DNA of 64,000 bases. Origin: Haliotis cracherodii (taxonomy: Eukaryota). Position numbers and translations under genes: made by a program. Below the pieces are notes generated by a model. It worked only from the letters and a program-made list of their open reading frames with translations, was not told the origin of the DNA and did no database searches. The DNA lies in contig NW_027266264.1 of NCBI RefSeq assembly GCF_022045235.1, positions 19,716,001 to 19,780,000 of the forward strand. The letters run 5' to 3'. The first letter of the stretch is position 1, and every line of letters starts with the position of its first letter. Shown in pieces: positions 26,521 to 46,300 of the stretch.

Positions 26521-29169
26521 CAGAACGCATGTGTTCTGGTGCATATGGTAATGCATATAATAATAAGAAGCACACTAATAATATGTGCGAGAACATGTGT
26601 TCAATACAGAAAACTATTTCCACCGTGGTGATAATATTCCCACCGCCGCCACAGTTGTCTGTGGTTTCATTTTAGTTTTTGACCTTTCCGTTTTGGTTTT
26701 TGACATTTCCATTTTAGTTTTTGACATTTTCGCTTCACGTTTCAGCGACTCAATAGCTACTTGAAAGTACATTTTCCATGTTTTTGGCTGTTTTATACAT
26801 GATTTATCACATATTTGTATGATAAATTGGGTTAATTTGCAAAAGGTTACGATAAAAGTAAGTGCAACATCAAAATATTGAAAAAGACTCCATGACCCAG
26901 AGAACGATAGCTTCACGGTGTTCCTTTATAGAAATACAAATTGACGCAAGTACCGGCCAGTAATGATGTTATTTATCTGGTGTTAGAAACGATGTGTTTT
27001 GTTCCCATGGTGACAGTTATTGTGACATATTTTCGAAAGGGGAGCATTGATCAAATTGTATTTTTAACACTTCCTCCAGTAAGTCTGACGGTACGGTTTC
27101 CTTCAAAAGTAACGTCTTGGAATCCCCAAATCATTCTATTAATTCATGTAGTCCAACTCCAAGGATCTTCTTGGTGATAGATACAGTATACAGGCACAGA
27201 GGTGAATAATGAATTGTTCTTGATGAGAACTATTTTTGTGTTATGAAGAAGTCTGACTCTCATATATAACTGAACTTCTACATGACCATGGAGACATACT
27301 TATGTCGTTATGTGGAACGATAATGGGAGTCATGCGTTACGGCTGACAGATTCAGGCGATATATAAGCCATGGTTACAGTTCAGAATTTCGTCTGTGTGG
27401 TTCTATTCTACCTAAAAGTGTGCATGGTTGTGTAGTCTGTCCAACAAATATATATCAAATACAGCCCATGCAAGTCTATAATGCTTGGCAAGTCTAGATT
27501 ACTGCTTACCCTTATATTAAATTTTTATTAAGATAACTGAAAAAACTTTTTTTTTCTGTACGGTATGTTCATTTCAGAGACTAGATCTTAGCCTCATGGT
27601 TGTGTAGCTATAGTTGATAGAATTGTTTGATAAGACATTACTTAGAAGTTGACGGATGACAAGTAGAGATAATATATGGAAATCAACGTCTTTGTTTACT
27701 GTAAAGGCGACGTTTCAGTATAGATCCTTAACTGTTGTCCACCCTTGCTTGACAAGGGTACAAGGATCTATACCGGGACGTCGCCTTTATAGAAATTCGC
27801 ATATACAGAAGTTGCTATCCATGAATTATCTCTGCTTTGAAAAACAATGTTGGAAAAGCAATTGTCTAAAAGTCAGCCTAGAGCACTTTACACGTGTTCT
27901 AAAAGTGTTACATCGCCAGAAAATGTCGAAAACTAAATATGTTAGTAGAACGTTACTGTTCTGGGTCGAGACGTCAATGTTCTGAATATATCCAGAACAC
28001 ATGAACGCGTTCTAAAAGTGTCTCCCCCCCCTTGGTATTTAGCTGCTTATATTGCTCTGGACTATTGCCGTTTTTATAACGCTAACTCAGCGACATACCA
28101 TGCCGCAGTTTAACATGGGTACCCCACGCAGACACACTCAAATTGTGTGTTGTGAGTGTGTATGAGTGAGCTTTCATATAACAGTTATAACTTGACCCGG
28201 AGGCGGTGTATGCACTGAACACAGGGCACTGATCACATGTTTATATCTCCCCTGTATTGACAACAGACCCTGCAGCATAGCACCCATTTAGTGCGTGAGT
28301 TGGGACGCACGTATCTCTACGGTGGCTATGTGTCACAGGCCCCATGAAAGCAATTAAGACCTAATAGAACCTTTCCTGTACACATTTAGCGGTGACTACC
28401 TTGCATTGATACAAAGGCGATCAATGGAGACAACAGGGCACTGAAACCCCGTTTAGCACACGGCAACAATGTTTGTTATGTTTCTAAACAGCAGTTCATG
28501 GCAACACTATTTTGAACCTCATCACCACTCTGAATATTTCATATTTTGTTGCAGACTAATGTCGTTTCCGTATTCTATTTTGATAAAGGAGCGTTTGAAT
28601 ATCAAGTTCCAGTTTTTTATAAAACCCGCATGTAAACGTTTACATCAGTACCACATTCGTGAGACCTTCATCACTTAGATTACAATATTTCCTTTATGTT
28701 CGAACGGCATTTGAGATTTGCTTAAAATTTATTTTGAGAAGAGTACATGTATTTAATTTTCTTACCGCTGAGTCTAGTTGACCCTTTGGGGAATATCTTT
28801 TCTCTTTATTTCCCAAGACAGACATTATGTCTAAGGAATCACTTCTTAACAAGTTCTTAATTATTTTATCATTCATTTATTGATATCATGAAATAGGAAA
28901 ACTGCCCGAAACTGTAAAATGGAGTCTCCAATACGGCAAACACCTAACCATTTCCCCAATACTCCACACAGTCTCTTAGATATTTTGTGAGAATATTATA
29001 GATATGCCCACAGGGCCACGGATAGCTATACTATACTGACTGTACTGATTACATTAAAAAAATATTTCGATTTTACGACGCTTTAAACAGTATTGCAGCA
29101 AAATAACATCGGGGAAGACAAGGGACACGCTGGGCAATAGGACAGCAATTTGATGCCTTTCAGGTGGAT

Positions 29170-29311
29170 GGGTGAATGAGTGAGTATGGTTTTACGCCGC
29201 TTTTAGCAATATCAAGTAGGGGGACACCATAAATAACCTACACACATTGTACCCATGTGGGGAATCGAACCCGGGCGAACCTTGTAACCACTAGGCTATT
29301 CCAACGCCCCG
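29170..29311 (-). mobile_element. Family C short tRNA-derived SINE
   Basis: gagtgagtatggttttacgccgcttttagcaat...ggggaatcgaacccggg...accactaggcta. Confidence 0.8.
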
Positions 29312-30625
29312 TATGATAAATAGAACAGATACCAGTGCCACGTACAGCATAACCTGGAGATATGTATTCGGGTAAATTTCCATGTATAACAAGTACTTCA
29401 TAGCTTCACAAAAAGTAAGATTCCAATCACGAATGTACGTCCAAGAGTATACAAAATGTACCAGTGACCATAAACAATGTTACTGCGACCTGTGCTAGAT
29501 CGAACCTGGCCCCGAACCACAATGTCGGATACGATAGCAAGTTGCACAATGATTCTGTCCATCACTCGAACAAGGGTCATCGTTGCAGTGAGACGTCCAG
29601 TACGTTTGTACTCGGGGGGATACAATCATTGTCTCAAATCGCGTATGACTGGAATTACACTAGTTCATCTCCAAGGCATATTATAAATACGAACTACCTT
29701 CTAACATGAAATCCCGAGGCTTTTTACTTTAAGTTCTGTTTTCTGAAAAGCGTACCATAATCTTTCGTCCATTATCCAGAGTACCGTATGTCCATTCTAA
29801 TGTCATACACTTAAGATATAGTGCAGATAACGGAGGATGACGAGCTGTCTTAAACAGAGTAATCCGAAGATGGCATATCCCCCCGACGTGGCATGTCTGT
29901 AAACTGTGTGTACCTTCAAATGTATTTAGATTGGCAAGGAAATCTTTTTCCTTGATTCCAAATCCAGAAATATAATGAAGGTTATTAAATATTGGTTCAC
30001 GTAGCTCACTTTCTGATGATCTCATGAAATTGTAATAACAATAACTTCGCAGATTCGCATATGAATACATCTGTAGTAGCCTCATGTCACAAAGGCATAA
30101 AGAGAATGTACTAGGTTATGTAGTTCACATCATATATAGTATATGATATCGGTAAATAGTACACCTTAGAATTATGTGTCGGGGCTACAAATTAAAAAGA
30201 TGAAAATCTATAAATAACAAACTGCACTACTAGTGAACATGATTGAAATGTGCATAAAGTTTGGTGAATCTGTCGCATGGTTTAGAAGATATGCTCCAGA
30301 CGAGGACATTACCCTAAGTTCATCAATTTTCAATCTATATTGAAAAAAGAAAACAAAAGAAAAAATCCTGCTTGATAGGTGTAAAAACTTTTGAGAAGCT
30401 AAGTTGTATGGTTCGGGAGATATGGTCCGGACAAGAGCACTACCCTCAAATTTCCTAAGTTCATCATATTTCCATGGAAACGACAAAAATAAAAAAATCT
30501 CTAAATCTCTAAATAGCAAAAGTCACTACTACTGAGCCTGATTGAGCTAGGTTGTACAGTTTAGAGAATATGCTCCAAATAATGATTACAGACTGACGGA
30601 CAGATGGCTATATCCCGTCATTATA

Positions 30626-30752
30626 TACTACTCAAAAGAAGTTAAGGATCACCCGATTCTTTCATATTGGTAAAGTTAATCTGTTATGGCATGAGAGATT
30701 AACTATACTAATATAAAAGAATCAGGTGATCCTTAACTTCTTTTGAGTAGTA
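30626..30752. mobile_element. 127-bp Tc1-related MITE with TA TSD
   Basis: Perfect 28-bp TIR (tactactcaaaagaagttaaggatcacc and ggtgatccttaacttcttttgagtagta), flanked by TA. Confidence 0.9.
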
Positions 30753-30849
30753 TATGTCGGGCGGGGGGGGGGGGGGGGGGGGAAATGGTTACTTCAAAGG
30801 GACTGAAAGATTAGTGAAAACCTGGTGCTGACCCGTATGAGAAGAGAGC

Positions 30850-31146
30850 GGTGTGTCCTGGTGAGCTGTGTGTGACGGTAGTGGTGCGTGTCCTTGTGAC
30901 CTGTGTGTGACGGTAGCGGTGTGTGTCCTGGTGACCTGTGTGTGAAGGTAGCGGTGTGTGTCTTGGTGACCTGTGTGTGTCCTGGTGACCTGTGTGACGG
31001 TAGCAGTGTGTCCTGGTGACCTGTGTGTGACGGTAGTGGTGTGTGTCCTGGTGACCTGCGTGTGACGGTAGCGGTGTGTGTCCTGGTGACCTGTGACGGT
31101 AGCAGTGTGTGTCCTTGTGACCTGTGTGTGACGGTAGCGGTGTGTG
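30850..31146. repeat. About 35-bp GT-rich minisatellite (gtgacctgtgtgtgacggtagcggtgtgtgtcctg)
   Basis: About 9 imperfect units. Confidence 0.9.
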
Positions 31147-31488
31147 GATGGTATACAGGCACTCTTGTCCATCATAAGAGGTGAGGTGAAATTGGGTTTA
31201 ACGTCGCGTCCAAGATTATTGCACTTATATAGCGACGTTCTATAATAAGACACTGGTTAATGTTATAAGAAAGATGCACAATTCAGTCCTGCACCAAACA
31301 GGTCCACAGCAATTCCCCCAAAAGACCTTTGTCTTGGTGCCCATGTCAAACCAGAATGATGCTAGACACACAAAAACACATTACACCTCCCCCATTTGTG
31401 TCCAAACAATTCTATCTTTGCTCATATAAATTTGAATCCTTTGAGATAATATGAAAAATAAAACAAATACAACACTGTCAGTCCCAAG

Positions 31489-31494
31489 TTTATT
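31489..31494 (-). terminator. Polyadenylation signal of RPLP0
   Basis: AATAAA on the minus strand about 85 nt after the TAA stop. Confidence 0.75.
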
Positions 31495-31577
31495 ATCTTC
31501 AGGCCATATGGCTTGAAGCCGGCACTGAAGACATCAGATGGCTGAGATAGCTGGGAGTCCTGCTGGAGTTATCTCCC

Positions 31578-38892
<7,315 letters not shown>

Positions 38893-39456
38893 CTTTGTGG
38901 ATCAGGGATTGAATCTTCAGTTTAAAGACAGAACTGGAAGAGATGCAACAATTGATATTTCATTTGTGTTTAAAAGCTATAGTAGATGACATGCTCCCAT
39001 TATTCCTAATTGTCCCCCTCCACCCACAAGGCCAGCACTAAATGAAGGATGTAATCACTACTGTATGCATTCCTTGAGTTAACTGCTGGCGAGATCAACC
39101 TTTTTTGTTCCACAGAAATATGAGGGTCCTGTGAAGTTATGATAGTGTAGTGTAAGATTTGATAAAAATCTTAACTACAGGACTTTTATATTTCTTTCAA
39201 GAAATTTGGTACAAAATACTACAACGAATATGATAGTGCATCGTGTAAAACCTGGATATTCTGGGGAGTGGGGTGGTGACGTGTGTGCGTCTGGGTTTTT
39301 TCAGTTGGAATATCAAACTACAACAAATGCCGACCTCGTCCGATTTCATCTGCCTCTTTGGAAAATCAAGAGGCGAGAGAGCACAGATCGCCAAGCGGGG
39401 CAATTATCAAACTGTTGGGCTGTGATGATTATGTCGTGAGGTTGTGCAATATCGGT

Positions 39457-39628
39457 GTTGTTGGTTGTTTGTTTAACGCCGCACTCAGCAATATTCCAGC
39501 TATATGCTGTAAATATTCGAGGATGGACCAGACAGTCCAGCGATTAATATCATGAGCATCGATCCACGCAATATTGGGATAGATGACATGCATCAACCAA
39601 GTCAGCGAGCCTGACCACCCGATCCCGT
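39457..39628 (-). mobile_element. Family A retroposon, partial copy
   Basis: Matches consensus, 5'-truncated. Confidence 0.75.
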
Positions 39629-39804
39629 CATCGGGGAACCACACCATGTAATTCGGAACATGATATTCGAAAGACTCCCTTTATATCATATCTAGACACT
39701 AAACAAAACAATAGAAAAGGAAAGCTGCTAAATGTGATGGACATGTACTCAATAACGGATTCTATTTAAATATTGCCATCCCTATTTCTATCACACGTGC
39801 TCAC

Positions 39805-39871
39805 CAGAAGCAATATGGCGTGCAAAGAAAGACCACGTGACTGGAATCCTGCCACCTGGAAGAAGGAAAAG
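39805..39871 (-). promoter_or_regulatory. RPLP0: RPLP0 5'TOP/TCT start and non-coding leader exon
   Basis: Pyrimidine tracts CTTTCTTT (from 39831) and CTTTTCCTTCTTCC (from 39871), then donor CTG|GTGAG at 39805/39804. The acceptor of exon 2 is at 38933. Confidence 0.65.
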
Positions 39872-40399
39872 ACAACTATTGGTATTATCACCCACTAAAT
39901 ATTTTCATAGTTCGTGTTCTCACAGCAGAGACCGTATAATAGATTATCTCTGCTGAAAGTCAATATTTGAAATTTTCGATTTTGCAAAAATAATTATTTT
40001 AATGAGTACGAATATACCATCGTCAAGACAAAGAATAAAAAGAGATCTTAGCTAAAAAAATATACGGTGTCATGTATTCATGTTCTTCCAACTTCTAAAT
40101 GCATATCCAAGAATTCAGATTTATGTAGCATATGAAATCGTTGACGTAAAGCTTGGGTGACGTTTTAGCCTGCACCTCTTTATGTGACGTCGCTGATGTC
40201 TCACAACGTGATATCGGGGAGCACATAATTTTCCTCATTCTCCTGGGAAAAAAACTATGAGTGATATACAGAATATATAGTAACTCGAAATTACGGGTGA
40301 ACTGTCCAAGGATCGTAAATTAATTTACTAGGGGAAATTAATTCGCAATTCCTAGCTCGGGAAATAAAAAGTCCGACTTTCTTTTCTTAAATTCAGTAT

Positions 40400-40409
40400 T
40401 ACACACACA

Positions 40410-40484
<75 letters not shown>
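40400..40484. repeat. (CA)n microsatellite
   Basis: Direct inspection. Confidence 0.97.
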
Positions 40485-40486
<2 letters not shown>

Positions 40487-40595
40487 ATATAACACTGTCT
40501 GCCGATATTGTACCCATAACTATACAGGAATGAAGATCTTTGCAAGTCTGGTACTCTCTATACTGACCTGCGTCGACCAAATATGGGACTATGAA

Positions 40596-40835
40596 GTTTG
40601 TTTGTATGTTTGTTGTTAAACGCCGCACTCAGCAATATTCCAGCTATGTGACAGCGGTCTGTAAATAATCGGGTCTGGACCAGACAATCCCGTGATTGGT
40701 ATCATGAGGATCGAGCTCATGCATCAACCAAGTCAGCGAGCCTGACCACCTGATCCCGTTAGTGTTCTCTTACGACAAGCATAGTCGCCTTTTTCGGCAA
40801 GCATGGGTTTCTGAAGACCTATTCTACCCCGGATC
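40596..40835 (-). mobile_element. Family A retroposon copy
   Basis: Matches consensus. Confidence 0.85.
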
Positions 40836-40839
40836 AAAT

Positions 40840-41383
40840 CATTTTCCCGAGGCAAGAGAGTTAACTGACTATAAAAGTCCAGTTTCCACCCTTGCCGAAC
40901 TAGGCTGGTATTGTGGAGTTGCATTTGGGCTGGACTAACGAGTCTATGCATAGTCCAATCAAAATCGCGCACCGAAATTGAAATCCGGTTCGTAAACTGT
41001 CGTGCAGATTTCGGTCGATTGCAGGATTTGCAAAGCATGTGCACCACCAACACGTTGTCAGCAGATATTTTCAAAATCTTCTCATGTTTGTAATCAAGGT
41101 GCTCACGTGATTTGATGCATTTCGTGATGTAAGACCAATTTATCACAATATAGATATTGATTATCGATCAGATCGTCCTGACCGGGAGCAACCATTTTGT
41201 GTGAAGCAAACGCATGTGATACGAGAGGTGGAATCTGATTGGTCCTTAGGAGAGGCTTAGAAGGGACATAATTGGTATTAGCCACTGGTTGCGCTACGAT
41301 CGAGCCCAGTAATTCCAGCCTAGTTCGGCAAGGGTGGAAACTGGACTTTTAAAGTCAGTTAACTCTCTTGCCTCGGGAAGATG
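40840..41383. mobile_element. Non-autonomous DNA transposon, about 540 bp, about 68-bp TIRs, CAT...ATG ends
   Basis: cattttcccgaggcaagagagttaactgac...ctaggctgg and its inverse. Near-identical copy at 52392-52923. Confidence 0.88.
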
Positions 41384-41626
41384 ACTGACCTAAGAGTGAA
41401 ATACATTAATCCTAAATACTACCCTAATCCTACATTGGAATCGTTTGCACATAATACGTCTTCAAATTGTAACACTACTAATGTACAGGTATCAAAGTTT
41501 ATATTCAACCCGAGGAAATGATGTGCATAAGTCCCTTCATCAAGAATGTTAGTTAAATCAGTTTGATATTTGGATGAATCGATTGTCGTATTATGTTTTT
41601 GGGGCCCGTGGCCTTTAAATGGATAA

Positions 41627-41907
41627 GGGGGGCACGGGTGGCCCAGTCGTTTAAGGTGCTGCGATTCGCTGTGCAGAGTTGCGTCCCTTGGACACGCCAG
41701 AACCCTATGATTGTGGGTTCGAATCCCGGTACGCCCCGATTATGTTTCTAGGTTTGTCAGCACCATACCCGTGCTCGTGGGTTTCACCGGAGTAGTAAAC
41801 GTCTGAGACCTGCATCACCTCGGGCCTTCCTTCCACATTAAGCTGACACGCCTTGATATAACTGGAATATTGTTAAAAGCGGCGTAAAACCCAACTCACT
41901 CACTCAC
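41627..41907 (+). mobile_element. Family B tRNA-derived SINE (full length)
   Basis: A and B boxes, (ctca)n tail, TSD tttaaatggataa. Confidence 0.92.
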
Positions 41908-42129
41908 TTTAAATGGATAAAAAATATATTGATGGTTTACTTTTACAAATAGTATATATGACGTTACATTGCATTCATCATTATTATCCCGTCGCCTATT
42001 ATAATATTAAAATTACCTCTGCAAACGTTATTTTGCGTCCATCATATCAATTATAACACAGATGTACTGCTATAGTTGAGGTTGGAAATTCACACCCAGG
42101 ATATATATGCAAACAATTCAAAAGATAAA

Positions 42130-42397
42130 GGGCACAGGTGACCCAGTCGTCTAAGGCGCCGCGATTCGCTCTGCAGAGTTGCGTCCCTTGAGCACGCCAG
42201 AAACCTATGATTGTGGGTTCGAATCCCGGTTTGCATCGATTATGTTTCTAGGTTTGTCAGCATCATACCCGTGCTCGTGGGTTTCACCAAAGAGGTAAAC
42301 GTCTAAGACCTGCATCACTGCTTTCCTCCCACATTAAGCTGACACGCCATGATATAACTGGAATAATGTTAAAAGCGGCGTTAAACCCAACTCACTC
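42130..42397 (+). mobile_element. Family B tRNA-derived SINE
   Basis: Matches consensus. Confidence 0.88.
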
Positions 42398-43343
42398 AAA
42401 GGATGAATGAAAACACGTAAGGGTGGATGTACTAACGAGGATTAATGGGTATTGTATAACCCTTGCCTCACACAATTCAGTAATCTGGCACTCCCTCCCT
42501 GTGGTTCATGTCGTGCCCTTAAAGTGGAATTAGTAAGATAATACTAATATCAGCTACACTGTGTGGATAATCAGTGGTATACTCAATAGAATGCTACTGA
42601 TGTTATCAACACCACGTGACGTACGGGCCTTTATTTTCTTGTGTTCTTACCGGTCAGGCCTGAGTTATTGTACTGTTAATGTGATTAATCAAGATATAGA
42701 CGTTATCATGATTAGTATTGTCATTGTAAAATAATGTTAGATTTGTTGATTTTCGAAGTGCATAAAAGCAGAATGGTAAGATCGCATCAAGAAATTACGA
42801 AAAGGTGAGGTAAAAGTAATTTTGTACAAAATTCTTTCTGCGAGCGACGTTTATTTTTTATGGTTCTTTAATATATAAAATTTATCGAACATGGCATACG
42901 TAATACAATAACTGACAGTTATACACACTATATTTAAAGTGCAACGGGTGTAGTGTGCATAATCAACACGATCAGTTTTGCGGTTCCAATTCGCACGTTT
43001 ACGTGATCGAACATACCTATTTCAATAGCGCCTGTTTATTGTGAGTATTTGAACTGCCTCGCCCTGACAGTGTATCTTTGGTCTATTCTTAGTTCATTGA
43101 ACAAGTCCAATAGCCTATATAACACTCGCGCAACTTAACACGTGGTTAGCGAACGACCAAGGGAGATAATCACTGCTTAGCATGCAACACCAGTTTGCAT
43201 GCCTACGGCTGATAAGCCGTGAGTGTTCTCCGGTAGAAATGCAAGGCTTGTGTTGCGGTTGTTTTCCAGTCGGAATTGGCTTTACAGAAAACAGATTTAA
43301 TTTTATTTGAATGTGATGATATATGTGAAGTTGATGTGAAACG

Positions 43344-46300
43344 ATGGGATCTGGATCTAGTAAAGAAAAGACAGGTAGGGTCGATACGAGGGGAGGGGGT
43401 TCAAAACCAGTCGCTGTTGCTAATGTAAATAACAACGTATCCATAAAGTCCACGACGGGTCATTCCAAAAGCGGAACCAATACGGACACCGGAACGACGA
43501 ATCAATCGCCGTCGAAATCACCCGTTAAAGACTCAAATGTTGAAAAAACTACTACGGAGCGTTCTCCAAGTAAGTCAGTTAAAACAGACACAAAACCCGT
43601 CAGTAAACTGGAATGGAATAGTGACTCCGACCTCGACGACGATGACTGGGACGACTTCCTCGGAACGACGACTTCAAAACCAGTGCCCAAACCGCACTCT
43701 AAGGTGTCACATGGGGAACAAGAGCAGAACGCGCATAACGAAATGAAAACTCAGGAACTATACCCAGAGACCTACGCACAACGCCACACGCGGCAACAGT
43801 ACACATTCGGACAGGATAGGTTGATTCGAGAGAAGACGATCTACAGGAACCCAGACGACTGGGGCATTGACGAGGACAAGGAAGAAGAGACGGTAGGGGG
43901 AAGCCTTTCTTTATTCTAACCATTTGTCCAATAAGAAATATATATTAAATAAATTAAAAAAACACACGTTAATATATGATTTATAATTATATTATTTGCT
44001 CATATGTTGGAAAACAACTGACCAAACATCAAACATGTTCTTAAAGGGGCTGTCTTGACGTCAAATGAGTAGCATATGTGAAATAAGAGATTCTCTTCGT
44101 CTACTTTTTCAATATTGTAATTTTTAACTATATATATATTAACTACAAGAATGTTCTTCATAAAATTTGAATTTATAGATTGTAGCAAATAGTGTTTTTG
44201 AGTACTTTGATAAAACTTGCTAGGACTGCCTTTGTGTCTTGCCGTAGCTCACCTTTAAGATAATATGAGGTAATTTACTCTGTTTTAATGATACCATGCA
44301 GCTAGATGTATGGCCGTATTTTGCTTGGGTTCACCACGTGCACTATGTAGTAGAGGTACACATTTAAATCTCCTCCTGTAAGTCATAAGAACATAATTCT
44401 ATAATAGCCGGCTATTCATAATACCCTGCAATCCTATATAACAGACATATAATATATTGGCGATTAGTTAATGAACCTTGAAAACATGTAACTGATTGGG
44501 AATGTCATGTTACTTAACATCCAGAGTGCATAGTTACTGTGAAGTTACCTCTATTCACAGGCGTTGTATGGCGTTTTGTTTATTTATTTTAATCTATGAA
44601 TTTAACTTGACCTGTTCAGACAGTCATGAAATATTTCTTAATATTTCTTATGGTATATTTAGTTTCCATTGTTTAACATTTGTTTAATGTGTTATCAGTG
44701 TAACTTTCTATACGTCGATAAAGGTAACTTGTGTTATGTAAACTACAGCTGACATGGTATGAATGGCTCTGTTTTATTCCCATTGCGACTGGTAGGAGGT
44801 AATTGAGGTATGTATTACTCTACAGCACAGTCAAAACAATACTTCACAAGTCACTACACGCTAATCTGTAACGTGAGCTCCTTGCACTGTCAGCTGATTG
44901 CATGTTCGTTACCACGAATATGAAATTTTGATTGACTTCAGTCAACCGAGGTCACCCCATTTCTAGCAACCAGGGTTGACTAGAATCAACCAGTGTTATG
45001 TAAGGGTCAAAGATAACAAATCACACGTCTAGAATATTTCAATACTGGGCCACAGTTTCCATGTGACTTACACAGTTACATCTAAAACGTGTAAGCACCT
45101 TTTCACTCCTGTCATGTCTTTAGTTTTGAATAACAACCTCTCTAAAACATAACTTTGAACAGAAAGGAAGAACATTTCTTACCCCTTTGGTTGGAGAAAC
45201 TGTGTAAGTTACAGTGTCCACGAAACATGTGAACCCTTGTTTTCTCCTTTGGTATATGTAACACGGTATTTTACATGTAAATTATAACAAGAAGGTTTTC
45301 TGTCAATGCAATAGCAAATATGTGCTCATTAGTTAAATTATCAGTGAATATAAGTGAGTGAGTTGGGTTTAACGCCGCTTTTAACAGTGAGTGAGTATGG
45401 TTTTACGCCGCCTTTAGCAATATTCCAGCAATATCACAGTTGGGGACACCAGAAATGGGCTTCACACATTGTACCTATGTCGGGAATCGAACCCGTGTCT
45501 TCGGCGTGACGAGCGAACGCTTTAACCACTAGGCTCCCCGACCGAACCGCATTTAACAGTAGTCCAGTTATATCAAGGCGTGTCCGCTTAATGTGGGAGG
45601 AAAGCCCGACCTGATGCAGGTCTCAGACGTTTACCACTTTGGTGAAACCCACGAGCACGGTTATGGTGCTGACAAACCTAGAAACATAATCGGGGTGAAC
45701 CGGGATTCGAACCCACAACCGTAGGTTTAATGTCATAATAAAAAGCTGTGTATAGCGCCAACATACCCGTTCATACAATGATTAACAATACGTCTTGATG
45801 TTAGTATATATGCCTTTGGTAATTTCACAGGACCTCTGCCATTACGCCTTGGTAGAAGACTACATTCATCAGCCTACGGTATTGACTGCGTGGGTTCGAA
45901 CCCCGTTGACGATACACTTTTATCTGAAATTGTCCTGGCGTCTTAGTAAATGATAGAGAAAAAAGAAGTTTAACTTACAATTCAATTAGTCAATGTCTGG
46001 TCAAGACAAGGAAGCCATTCTTTAAATACTAGTATAATATATACGCCGTGTAGATATTACCATTAACGTGCGATGTGTATTCGTTCACCAGGTCAAGGAT
46101 ACCACAGCCGATGATTCAATTCGCCAAAGTTTTATCTGTCATTAATTGCATTAGATATTACCGCATGTCTATACATAAAGTGAGTATGCAATTTGAGATT
46201 GAGTGGTATATTTACACCATACAATAGACCACGTGTTACTTAAACTCGTTTATAAAAAAAACGTTCAAACTGAAGAAGCCTAAATTTTTTTTTAGAAATA

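Noticed and set aside
30789-31253. His/Thr-rich ORFs
   Set aside because: Translations of a GT-rich minisatellite downstream of the RPLP0 poly(A) signal.
45886-45905. tRNA-like gcgtgggttcgaacccc, and the many SINE heads as tRNA genes
   Set aside because: Only T-arm or B-box fragments with no full cloverleaf. The SINE heads run on into repeat bodies.
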